NCBI RefSeq assembly: GCF_001194135.2
Contig: NC_068987.1
Coordinates: forward strand, 72,676,517 to 72,726,673
From: Octopus bimaculoides
Taxonomy: Eukaryota
Reading direction: 5' to 3'
Length of the DNA stretch: 50,157 bases
Shown here: in pieces, positions 1-10,154 of the stretch
Layout of the letters: the number at the start of each line of letters is the position of its first letter
Numbering within the stretch: position 1 is the stretch's first letter
The notes under the pieces: generated by a model
Database searches by the model: none
What the model was told of the DNA's origin: nothing
What the model saw: only the letters and a program-made list of their open reading frames with translations
Position numbers and translations under genes: made by a program

Positions 1-467
1 CACCAGAATATCGTATGGTATGGTATTATACAAAAACCATTCCAAAAGGATAGGTGATCAAAATAAGCAACACGGATTTCAAAGATGATTGCAGTACGCA
101 CGTTTCATGCTACTCCATTTATTTAAGTAATGCGAGCATTACATTAATTACATTATGAAGAGCAATCTTCAGCTGCACGAAAATGCAGAAAATTACAGTA
201 GAATAGACATGTTATAATTGTGGCAACATTTCAAATCCAAGTGGGAGAAAGAATACATAAAAATCCAAGTGGGAGGAAGAATACATAAATCCATCTTGAC
301 ATAGCCGAGTCTATCAGGCTAGTAATTGATTCTAGACAAAAGTTCTGTCTCTGATTTTATTGTCTCTTATCTAGTGGTGATAGCATAAGGGACAATTACT
401 TCTAAGGAAAGGGAAGGTGTAAGCAGTTTGCATTGACATGGCTATAAATGTATTAGATTATAAAGGT
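1..467 (-). repeat. Left arm of a long inverted repeat (inverted PLE pseudo-LTR); probably continues beyond the window start
   Basis: 1..467 is the reverse complement of 1549..2002 (e.g. CACCAGAATATCGTATGGTATGGTATTATAC vs GTATAATACCATACCATACGATATTCTGGTG), with a few substitutions and two small indels. Confidence 0.9.
90..177 (-). ncRNA. Type I minimal hammerhead ribozyme motif (PLE-associated)
   Basis: Minus strand reads TGCAG-CTGAAGA-T-TGCT...AGCA-T-GAAA-CGTGCGT-A-CTGCA: stem I TGCAG/CTGCA, CUGANGA core, stem II TGCT/AGCA, GAAA, short stem III ACG/CGT, GUA cleavage triplet. Confidence 0.7.
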
Positions 468-1548
468 TTATAAATCCTAATCTAATCAGTAATAGATTAG
501 ACCTTAGGGTATCATGTGTACACTGCTCTACTCGCACTTCTAAATTTAAAAAAAAAAGTTTTTTATAAAGTAGCTAAAGTTATCAAATTATAGTACTTTA
601 ACTTCTACCATAGTCATCTAGGACTATCAATTAGCACATATTTTAAAATTGGAAATTGAACCTTTATAACATATATTCCTGATCTCTCACCTTAACATTT
701 AATCTACTTGTGATAAATATGATTTCAACTTTACTCCATGGAAGATTTTTTCACCCCACTTCTGCTATTGCTGTTAGTTTCTCAATATGTATCTTAACCC
801 TATATAGCTTATAAGAATAGGAAATTCTCGTAAGTTTTTTACTTTATTTAATGCTTGACTTTAAAAGTATCTTTATTGTTGCTGTTATTACAGCATTAGT
901 TGTCTTGTTTTATTTTGTATTTTTAACTTAAATAATTATAATCCTTATGCCCTAAATTAATCGAATCTTTATTCAATTAATATTCTTCAATTAGCCCAAG
1001 TTAACCTTGAAACAAATTCATGAATAATGAAACTCTTAACCAATCATCAGGTTCCTGTATTAAATATCCTTGTTATTTCCTAACATCTTTTTCTTTTTTC
1101 AGTCCCTTAAACCTTAGTAAACACATTATTATAAACTAATATAAATCCGATAATAATTTTTATTCACATTATAAAAATAAAGCTTACCTATGTGTCTCCT
1201 AAATAATATCATTATTTTATTTTCAGCTATAATTTTTTTAAGATAATTCAAAATAGTTTTCATGAACCCAATATACTTAATATCCTTAAACTTTACACCC
1301 TTTCTATAGCCCCTGAATTCAATACTGACATTATTTCAGGATTTTTGTATAAAATAATTACATCTCATTTTATTTATTTTATTAACATACCTCTTATTGT
1401 GAAAATATTGGTTAAACTAATATTGTTATCTGTATAACTATACTGATACTCTATTCAGACTAAAAGAAAAAAACCTATTTGACCCATATACCTAGGGTTT
1501 TAATTCCTCAACATTTTGATAGTAGTAAAATGACCTGGTACTACTCTG

Positions 1549-2002
1549 ACCTTTATAATCTAATACATTTATAGCCATGTCAATGCATACTGCTTACACC
1601 TTCCCTTTCCTTAGAAGCAATTGTCCCTTATGCTATCACCACTAGATAAGAGACAATAAAATCAGAGACAGTTAGAACTTTTGTCTAGAATCAGTTACTA
1701 GCCTGATAGACTCGTCTTCCTCCCACTTGGATTTTTATGTATTCTTTCTCCCACTTGGATTTGAAATGTTGCCACAATTATAATATGCCTATTCTACTGT
1801 AATTTTCTGCATTTTCGTGCAGCTGAAGATTGCTCTTCATATTGCATTTAATGTAATGCTCGCATTACTTAAATAAATGGAATAGCATGAAACATGCGTA
1901 CTGCAATCATCTTTGAAATCCATGTTGCTTATTTAGATTTTTTGATCACCTATCCTTTTGGAATGGTTTTTGTATAATACCATACCATACGATATTCTGG
2001 TG
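1549..2002 (+). repeat. Right arm of the inverted repeat, i.e. the pseudo-LTR upstream of the PLE ORF
   Basis: Reverse complement of 1..467; contains a hammerhead motif and lies about 100 bp upstream of the PLE ORF start. Confidence 0.85.
1818..1905 (+). ncRNA. Type I minimal hammerhead ribozyme motif (second copy)
   Basis: TGCAG-CTGAAGA-TTGCT...AGCAT-GAAA-CATGCGT-A-CTGCA; one G>A change in stem III relative to the left-arm copy. Confidence 0.65.
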
Positions 2003-2104
2003 CCTACACATAAGTACCATATTCAATCTTGAATCTAAATCTAAACCCTCTACTGAACTTACCTCTCGAACCTGAGTGTGTTTTTCTGGTACTTGTTCAA
2101 CAGG

Positions 2105-2858
2105 ATGGAAAAGGTTAATGTAGAATTTTCTCTGAAAGACATCCCCTTACATAGTAAGGATACTTATATGTGGCTATTAATCCACAGAACTAATGACTTT
2201 ATTAAAAGGATGAGGTGGATTGCCTACCACCATGATAACAAAATGAAAAACCCATCAACTGAAACACAAGATAGGAACTACTTTAAGAAGATTTTTAAGA
2301 GTAGAAAAAATCCACCTCCTAACCCACTACTAGAAAATTTCGAAAAAGATCTTTTTGATCTTATAGCTAATGTGAAATACAAGGAGCATCCACTTAGGAA
2401 AAATTTTCATTTAAGAAAGCTTAAGGAATTCATCAAGTCAATACAGAACTAACAAGGTATTCTAGTCCCTGCTGACTAAACTGGAAATTTGTACAGGCTG
2501 GATTATACTACTTATAAAAGAACTGATCATGAAGGAACGTAACTCCAAATACAAAATAACCTCTAAAAGAAATCTATCTGAGATTAATTTAAAAATCAAG
2601 AAAATTATGCAGGACTACGACCTAATAGATAGGACTGAACCACTGGTTCCAGCTGAACCTAGGATTAATTTAAAAGACCATAAGAAGAACTTCCAAGATA
2701 ACCCATCTGTGAGACTCATTTGCCCATCTAGGTCTGACATTGGCAGACTCAGTAAACTTATACTAGACAGGATTTTACCTCTAATAATTCCTAAATTATC
2801 CTTAAAGTTATGGAACAATACCGAAGAAGCACTAAACTGGTTTAAATCTATTGACAAC
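2105..2858 (+). pseudogene. Penelope-like element (Naiad-like) RT ORF, N-terminal part, disrupted and 3'-truncated
   Basis: MEKVNVEFSLKDIP...LIHRTNDFIKRMRW, ILVPAD, RINLKDHKKNF..NPSVRLICPSRSDIGRLSKLILD, LWNNTEEALNWFK resemble PLE RT N-terminal motifs; in-frame stops and frameshifts are present. Clade assignment is inference. Confidence 0.8.
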
Positions 2859-2864
2859 ACTGAA

Positions 2865-4285
2865 AGAGCATCAGCTGCTAAGTTAGTCGTCCCTTTGATG
2901 TGGCGAATATCCGTCGTATACTGTGATATGAAGTTGAGGTGGCGAATTTCTCTCGGCGAGTGGCGATCAGGCTTGGTGTTAAATGCATATGCCAGTGGTT
3001 TGTGATTGGTGTATATGGCAAAATTGGTACCCTCTAGCCTGTGTCAGAAATGCTTAACGGCCAGGTATGCTGCCAATAATTCCCGACTGAAGGTACTGTA
3101 TTTCGTTTCGGCGGGTTTTAACCGCATAGAAAAGAAAGACAACGGTTGCCATATGCCATCAACAAGCTGCTGTAGGATGCCTCCTATTCCGGAATTGGAT
3201 GCATCGACGAGTAAACACAGCGGGGCATCTGGTTTCGGATACACCAACATAGTAGCGTTGGATAACGCTTTTTTCAGGGCAGCGAAAGAGGTGAGTTGAT
3301 CTTCATCCAGTGCAATTTCGATGTTTCTGCAAGTTCGCTGATATAGCAAATCCGTGAGCGGTTGCGCTATCTCGGCAAGGTGAGGTAAAAATCTCTGATA
3401 AAAATTTACGAGACCGAGGAACTCCCTTAATTTGCGGAGAGATGTGGGTGGCGAAAATTCCACGATGGCCTGTACTTTCTCAGGAAGGTGACGAATACCG
3501 TCCTTATCGATGATGTGCCCGAGAAAATGAAGGGAAACAACTCCGAAGGAACACTTGCTGGGATTAATAACAATGCCATATTTGCGCAGGCGTTCGAATA
3601 GCAGGTGCAGGTGTTGGTCATGCTCTTCTTCCGAGTTACTGGCCACCAGTATATTGTCTATGTAGGCATAGACGAAAGGCAAACCTCTGGTGACCATGTC
3701 GATAAACCTTTGGAATGTTTGTGCTGCGTTAGGTAAACAGAAAGGCATACGCAGGAATTCAAACATTCCGAAAGGTGTCGTGACTGCTGTTTTTGGGATG
3801 TCCGCAGGTTCTATCGTATTTGATTGTACGCTCGCACAAGGTCAATCTTGGAAAAAATGCGAGCTCCGTGCAGCGAGCTAGAAAAATCCTGCAGATAAGG
3901 GACTGGATAAGCATCACTGACCGTACTTTTGTTTAGCGACCAATAATCACCGCAAACCTGCCAATCGGTTGATGATTTTTTTTGGGACGCAGTGTATCAG
4001 CGAGGACCAGTTGTTGCTGGACGGGCGGATGATTCCAAGGTCGAGCATGTGCTGGAGTTCCCGTTTGATGGCTTTGAGGTGATCAGGTGGTAACCTTCTG
4101 GGTCGTGCAGCAACAGGTGGACCGCTGGTCTTGATGTGGTGGGTGATGTCATGCTTGATCGGCTGGTTATGGAATACTGGCCTGGCGATGTCCGTATACT
4201 GTTTCAGGATGGTACTATAACGAGTCGTTGTTGAAAGCAATATGGTTGGGCTGACCGTGGCCACATGAGCGGCTACACCGCGCAC
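2865..4285 (-). pseudogene. Gypsy pol RT-RNase H, decayed (YIDD>YIDN, internal deletion near 3830-3950)
   Basis: FEFLRMPFCLPNAAQTFQRF, YAYIDNILVAS, FLGH, LVDASNSGIGGIL, YSTFSRELLA, TNHKPL..AADALS; upstream KTSGPPVAARPRRL..LGIIRPSSNNWSS. Confidence 0.9.
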
Positions 4286-4312
4286 AGTAAGCTGTGTGGT
4301 GCTGTCGACAAG

Positions 4313-4640
4313 TCATCTATTTTGCATGTCTACTAGGAGACCGAAATGATACAGGAAATCGGCTCCTAAGATAGGGGTCGGCAGTTTGGCGATGACAAAT
4401 AACCGCTGGAAGGTGCGGTGTAGTCCCAAGTTCAGCGTTAGGGACTGTTCACTGTAGGTTTGGATCGGCGAGTGGTTAACTGCCTGAAGACAGACTGGTG
4501 TCTCCTTTCGTTTTCCTGAAATGCTGGAAATAGGGACTACGCTGACTTCCACGCTGGTGTCAACCAGGAAACGTGTACCTGTTACCCGATCGCAAACGAA
4601 AAACAGGCGACTTTCTGGGTGCAAACCAGGAACTTCCGTC
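4313..4640 (-). pseudogene. Gypsy aspartic protease
   Basis: RFLVDTSVEVSVVP (variant of DTGA), ILGADFL. Confidence 0.85.
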
Positions 4641-4644
4641 GCAG

Positions 4645-5529
4645 TCAATTCCTGGCTGTACCGTTTCCCGAACTGGGTGATGCGAATGAGCATGGGGTGG
4701 TACATTTCTGTGCCAGTGTTCCGAACTTTCGGTGGTACCAGCACGTGTCGTGTGAGTTGCGACTAGCACTGGGACTGTGGGACTGGCTACTAGATCGACG
4801 CGATCGACTGCTGCTTCGGCACTGGTTACCAAGCGATAAGGCCTGTATTTGTGTTGTGAGGGTCTGTATTTGTGCAGCTTGCTGCGTCATTAATGAACGC
4901 AAGTCCGCAATTTCAGAAGAACTGATCGGCGAAAGGAAAGGATTGGTAGTCGGAGCGGTTGGCGTCACTGTCGATACTGTGGAAAACCTATGTGGTACCT
5001 CGGCTATTTTGTCTGCTAGCTCTGCCAGTTCCTCAATGGATGTGGATTCTCGTGTGGAAGCGAGAACGACCTGTGTGTTGGAGGGCAGACGCTGGAGAAA
5101 AAGCTGCTTGAAAACTTTGTTGCGGAGGCTCTCATCTCCAAGAAGCTGCTTTATTCTGCGTAGAAACTGGGAAGGCGTTCTATTGCTCAATTTTTCCGAT
5201 GTCGGAAGTTGGTGAAGCCTCTTTCGTTGGGACTCGGAAGTTCTGTTAATGAGTGTCGTTTTGAAGGTGTCGTATGACACAGAACCGTGTGGTGCCATAA
5301 TGAGATCGCGGACGACGTTCATGATCTCTAGTGATAGAGAACCGATTACATGCGACAGTCGAGATGCATCGCTCAGTACTCGGTGAGAAGAAAACTGGGC
5401 TTCTATGTGGTGAAACCATAATACAGGGTCGTGCGTCCAGAATGGGGGAATTCTCCACGTAATCGCCGCTTCAAATGTCATGTCGGTAGGTGATGTATTC
5501 GCCGCTGGATTCGGTTCTGGAAAAGTCAT
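4645..5529 (-). CDS. Gypsy gag-like protein, 294 aa, open reading frame
   Basis: RIPPFWTHDPVLWFHHIEAQF N-terminus, FLQRLP, C-terminal CWYHRKFG..A.KC..PC; directly downstream of the PBS region. Confidence 0.85.
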   Translation of the reverse strand: MTFPEPNPAANTSPTDMTFEAAITWRIPPFWTHDPVLWFHHIEAQFSSHRVLSDASRLSHVIGSLSLEIMNVVRDLIMAPHGSVSYDTFKTTLINRTSESQRKRLHQLPTSEKLSNRTPSQFLRRIKQLLGDESLRNKVFKQLFLQRLPSNTQVVLASTRESTSIEELAELADKIAEVPHRFSTVSTVTPTAPTTNPFLSPISSSEIADLRSLMTQQAAQIQTLTTQIQALSLGNQCRSSSRSRRSSSQSHSPSASRNSHDTCWYHRKFGTLAQKCTTPCSFASPSSGNGTARN

Positions 5530-5627
5530 TGTGTTCTTAGACTTTCCTAGTTGTTTCGTTGACAGATGATGTGCAGGCTGTTATTCTTCGGTTGAAGCTG
5601 GTTCCAGGGAAGGTCGGAATTCTGTGA

Positions 5628-5638
5628 CGGGGTCACCA
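5628..5638 (-). promoter_or_regulatory. Primer-binding site complementary to the tRNA-Trp 3' end
   Basis: Minus strand TGGTGACCCCG, 3 nt after the LTR terminal CA; matches the eukaryotic tRNA-Trp 3' end ...CGGGGUCACCA. Confidence 0.75.
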
Positions 5639-5641
5639 AAA

Positions 5642-5794
5642 TGTGGTGGAGTAATGTTGTATGTTTGTGTTATTGTGTCGGTGCGATAGGCATGTGTTTG
5701 CCTGTGAATAAACAAAGTGAAAACTATGTTCAACTATAACATATTTTATTTGCTGCATGAACTCTGGTGTTAGTAAATATTCTTCACCACTACA
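5642..5794 (-). repeat. Gypsy 5' LTR, 153 bp
   Basis: Minus strand TGTAGTGG...CCACCACA (imperfect terminal inverted repeats, TG..CA), internal AATAAA, followed by the PBS. Confidence 0.8.
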
Positions 5795-6686
5795 TTAAAT
5801 TTTAGCAACTTACTTTGTGTTGCTAGGAAAAATGAAACCAGGGTACATCTGTGGAGTTGATGTATCCGAAGACTAAATATGTTTTTGTGTGTGTTTGTTC
5901 TTTCATCTTTTGGTAGTTCTCTCTCTCATTAGCGTGGCACGGCAAATCTCTGTGTGATAATCGCGGAGCACTGGGTCAGTCTGTGGCGAATCACGGTCTC
6001 CCTCTCTCTCTCTGTCCTCCCTGCTAAATTCTCCTATCTATAAAAATCAGGGGCAGCTAGAAGGATGGACATGCTGCAGCAGGTTTAGTACCTAAGTAGG
6101 TCAGTCGCTGTCCAGTGAACTTCGCTTGACATCTCTGAGGTTATAAGGTTGAGGGGAGGCTATCCATCATTTTTTTGACAGGACAAAGAAAACCTGATTT
6201 CGCGCCTGTTGCTCACAGTAAATCCGACGAGGGAGAATTCTTAGATTCGGTTTCGAATCTAAGCTTGGAGAAGGGAAATGTTAGTTTTTACAGATGTATA
6301 AAAAACAATATCGAATGAAATAACTATGAAGATTTGTGTTATATTGTCAAAAAATATATTAAAATTGTCATGTTATGGAAATGATATAAAATTTTGTAAA
6401 TAGTGGCATTGTTTTTGGAGAAATAATTGGATTTGCATTTTTTTTCAAATTTCTCAAATTTCTTTACTGATGTGGTGTTATCTACTCGCTATAGTGTGAT
6501 GTAGAAGAGTTCGAAACAGGGGAAGGTAATCAGCGATCTTTTCGGTATAAGGGAGATAATCAAAAATGTTAGGAATTGTTAGGTTTTGTTAATTTAATGT
6601 GAGTTGGTTTTGATAGAATGAAATGTTAGAAATGGCTAAATTTTGGTTTATATTTTCAATGAGGTCAGTTTCCTCATTTAAAAATG

Positions 6687-9138
6687 TTAGAAATGGTTAA
6701 GTTTTGGCTTATATTTTTCAATGAAGTAGGTTTCCTTGTTTAATCTAACATGTGTTGGTGTTCCAATAGCACATTGATAAAATGGAAAGATTACAAATTG
6801 TGGTAGTAGTTGTTTTGCGCATCTGTCAATGTGTTCACTAAAGGAGTATCATTCTGTCTTCTGGGAATGCAATCTGCTGTCGGTGCAGAGTGCATCTTCG
6901 TCTGAGTGATAAACCTGTGGACACTATGTAGGTTTGGTGGCAGCCCAAGCATCTAACATAAATCAGGTTTTCCGAGGCACAAGTAAAATCAGATTTGATT
7001 TTGAACTTTTGTCCCTCTTTAAAAAGGAATTCTGATCCTTCTAGAAGGTTGGGACATGTTGCACAATTTGGTCAACCACATTTTTTCATTTTAGCACCTG
7101 CTTTTTTAGAAAATAATTTTGCCTTTGTGAGGATCTTTTTTAATGACTTTGGTTGTTTATGGCTTTTAATGATCTTATGTGTGTGTAAAATTGCCTTCAA
7201 TTTGGGGTCCTTATGTAACTTTGATAGATTTTGAGTGATGATGGTGAAGGCTTCTTTGTTTCTGGGGTTGTAAGTGGATATGTATCGCAATATTTTCAGG
7301 GAAGGTGTGTTGCTGTGTTGAACTTTTCTTAAGGTTTTTTAATGTTGATTTGTGTTGCACTGATTCCATCCTCTATGAGTTGAACTGGGTAGTGTCTGTC
7401 ATTGAGGGTGTTTTTGGGTTCTTACAGTTTAAAGCTAAGGTATTTTTTCTGATGCTCTGGTGCATATCCTTCTTGCAAGGTTGAAGGGGATGTTTGTTTT
7501 GGTGTGTCTTAGGTGGCATGAATTAAATATTATTTTTGAATTCCAGGAGTTTTTGTTTTCATTCGAGAGGATGAAACAGTTGTCCAGGAATCTTGTATGT
7601 ATTGAGAAAGAGGATTTCCAAAGGTAGATAAAAATTCCTGGTATATTCTTATTTCCAGATAGCCCATTGTTAGGTTTGCAATGACTTGGGCTGCCCAAGT
7701 GCCCATGGCAATTCTGGATTTTTGTTAATAAAAAGTGTTATCAAACATGAAATTGTTGTTTCATAGGATGAATTCAATTGATTCAATTGTGAACTCTTTG
7801 CTAGTCCTATCCAGTATTTCTTCCGGATATTGGGCCACACAGAACTGAATTGCTTCTTGTCCATAATTATGAGGTTTCCTAATATATAAGTTAGTCATAT
7901 CAAATGGAAACCATGAATGTTTTTCCCTTGACTGTTTTGGGAGTTGATTTAACATGTCCAAGTTATCTCTGATATAACTGTTAATGTGTTTAAGGAAGGG
8001 TTTCAGTATGATGTTCAGAAATAGACTTAGTCTGTGTGTTTCAGAAGCTGGGCCAGCTATAATGGGTTGAAAGTTTAGGTCTCTTGGGTTTGGTGTATGT
8101 ATGTACGTCTGTGGTGATCTTTTTATGGGTTCATTTATAATCTGGCTTTTGTGAGCTTTTGGTAAGCCGTAGAATAGGCTAAGTCTGCATTTAAAGTTTG
8201 TTAAATAGTCGAGTTCTTTGGTTGTCATTTCTTTTCCATGGGTTTAAATTAGTCAGGATAGGGTTTTCATTATTTCTTGCGGGGTGTAGTTTGTGATTTT
8301 TTCGTAATGTTGACTTTCATTAAGCATGGAGATTACTAGGTTTCTATAGTATAATGTTTCCATTACTACCACCGCACTTCCTTTATCTGCTTCCTTAATT
8401 GTTATATCTTCATTATTTTGAAGTTCTGTTAGTTCCTTCCATTGTGTAGTGCTGAGGTTTGAGGTAATTTTCTGTTGATGCTGGTGTGGTAAGGAAAGTT
8501 CTCAATGTGGTTGCAGAATTCATCAAGATTTATATTTCTTCCTTTGTGGAGGATGTGTTCACTTTTGTTTTTGACTAGCGAGTCATTTTCAGTATTGTAA
8601 TTGGTTAATGCTTCTGTGGTGTAGCCATCTGGTTTCACCAGTCCTCAGTCAAATCGTCCAACCCATGCTAGCATGGAAAGCGGACGTTAAACGATGATGA
8701 TGAGGAGGAGGAGGAGGAGTCTTAATTTTCTATGGAATTCTATTATACTATCCTTCACTTCATTTTGGTTGGCTCTGCGTGGTGTTGGGGTGAATTTTAA
8801 CCCTTTTGAGAGGATGTCTATCTTTGTGCTTGAAAGAGGTTTAGTTGAGAGGTTAATTATCTTTGGTTTTTCCTGATCACCAGGTTCCAACCCATGTCCT
8901 GGTGTCTCTGGTCTGGGGCTAAAAAATGTTGGTTGCAGTTTTGTTTGTATGAGCTGGCTGTGGGGTTGTATAGTATTGGTCCAGGGGAGTGGTGGTACTG
9001 TTGCCTTAGATTGTTATGTGTATGATGGTCTCTATGGGTGTTTTGGTTAGTGATGTATGTAACATTTCTATATGTGGCATATTTTTGTTTGAAATTTCTT
9101 GTATGTGGAGTGTTTCTTGACCTAGTGTTATTTTGTGT
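6687..9138 (-). pseudogene. Penelope-like element (Neptune-like) RT plus GIY-YIG ORF, decayed
   Basis: KIINLS..LSKGLKFTPTP; FYGLPKAHK; THRLSLFLNIILKPF; RFLDNCFI; NIPFNLARRIC; Cys linker CGQPKCATC; ENLIYVRCLGCHQTYI; ends ETYFIEKYKPKLNHF* at 6687. The ORF end is duplicated about 60 bp downstream (6626-6665). Confidence 0.88.
8620..8712 (+). mobile_element. RTE/SINE 3' tail inserted into the Neptune-like ORF
   Basis: CCAGTCCTCAGTCAAATCGTCCAACCCATGCTAGCATGGAAAGCGGACGTTAAACGATGATGATGA, near-identical to 25670-25755; splits the PLE frame between LRL and TEA. Confidence 0.85.
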
Positions 9139-9246
9139 TATTTTTGCCGAACTGCTAAGTTACGGGGGACGTAAACACACCAGCATCAGTTGTCAAGCGA
9201 TGTTGGGTGGGATAAACACAGACATACACATATATATACATATATA
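9139..9246 (-). mobile_element. Internal fragment of tRNA-SINE family A
   Basis: Reverse complement of the middle of the 25151-25540 SINE (TTTACGTCCC..AACTTAGCAGTTCGGCAAAA). Confidence 0.8.
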
Positions 9247-9312
9247 TACTGTCAAAAACTTTTTTGCTGGCTCATCCAGCGGTTTTGCTTGATGAATTAT
9301 TTCAACCAACAT
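9247..9312 (-). pseudogene. Truncated second copy of the ORF1-like gene (22 codons)
   Basis: MLVEIIHQAKPLDEPAKKFLTV vs MSVELIQNMSEPVKKFVAV; preceded by a near-identical leader (AATTAATTTCGACCGAGT-ATG vs AATTAAATTCAACCGAGT-ATG). Confidence 0.7.
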
Positions 9313-9790
9313 ACTCGGTCGAAATTAATTCTTACACAAAAATTTCCAGTTCTTTTCCCTAAAAACGGGAAACCTATGTTTTTTTTCCTCTTAGAGAAGA
9401 TACCAGTTCAAATCCTACCCCCTGCAGGGGTGGGGTGTGTAGTAGTAGTAGTAGTAGTAGAGCCTGTAATGCGCTCACTTTTTCTAAAACGGGAAACCTA
9501 TAATCTGTTTTTTTTTTCCCTCTTAATGAGGATAATAGTTCAAATACCACAAGCTTATTTTTTGAAAACGGGAAACCTATGATCTGTTCCCTCCCCCCCT
9601 CCTCTTAATGAGGAATATAGTTCAGATAATAAGCCTACAACGGCTCCCACAGCACAGAACACATTAAAGATGGGAAACCTATATCGTGTTACTTCCTCTT
9701 AACAAGGCTACGAGTTCAAAAACAAATATCAGTTCAGATCCCACCCCCGCTGGGGGGGTGGGGCGCAACGATAAGCCTACAACGGCTTTA
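9313..9790 (-). repeat. Modular tandem 5' leader of the ORF1 unit (4 monomers)
   Basis: GGGAAACCTAT at 9367, 9491, 9570 and 9672 (and 11070); CCTCTTA..AGG-type hairpin and AGTTCA in each monomer; GC hairpins at 9414-9435 and 9740-9763. Confidence 0.75.
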
Positions 9791-10154
9791 GAATGTTCAA
9801 TTTTTAGCACATAATGATGCCAAAATGGCTTTACACAGACAAATTCCTTTCTCCCGTCGCTGGGGAAAGGCACAAATAATGTTAACAGTTCAGCAATTTA
9901 ACAATTTTTGACAATTTGAAAATGTTCGACATGTTAACAATAATTTCAACAACAACAGTCCAATTTTGAACAAAGCGTTCCACTCACCAAAAACACAAAG
10001 AGAGGACGAACAAGGACAGACAAACATAAAGGGTGTAGTAGCTGCTATTTAGCGATTAAATAGAAAAATATAATTAATATATTACTAGTTTTCCTATTCG
10101 GAGTTGCTCCCCGTCGACCGTCTTCATGACGTCATTTGGGGGAGTTACAAGTTC

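Larger units (their letters stand above)
2859..5794 (-). mobile_element. Ty3/Gypsy LTR retrotransposon, 5' half only (no integrase, no 3' LTR)
   Basis: Order on the minus strand: LTR, PBS, gag, aspartic protease, RT, RNase H ending at AADALS (~2865). Confidence 0.9.

Noticed and set aside
5800-6680. Expected hammerhead in the 3' region of the Neptune-like PLE
   Set aside because: No CUGANGA found on the element's sense strand; only isolated hairpins (e.g. TTAGATTCG/CGAATCTAA at 6241-6263).
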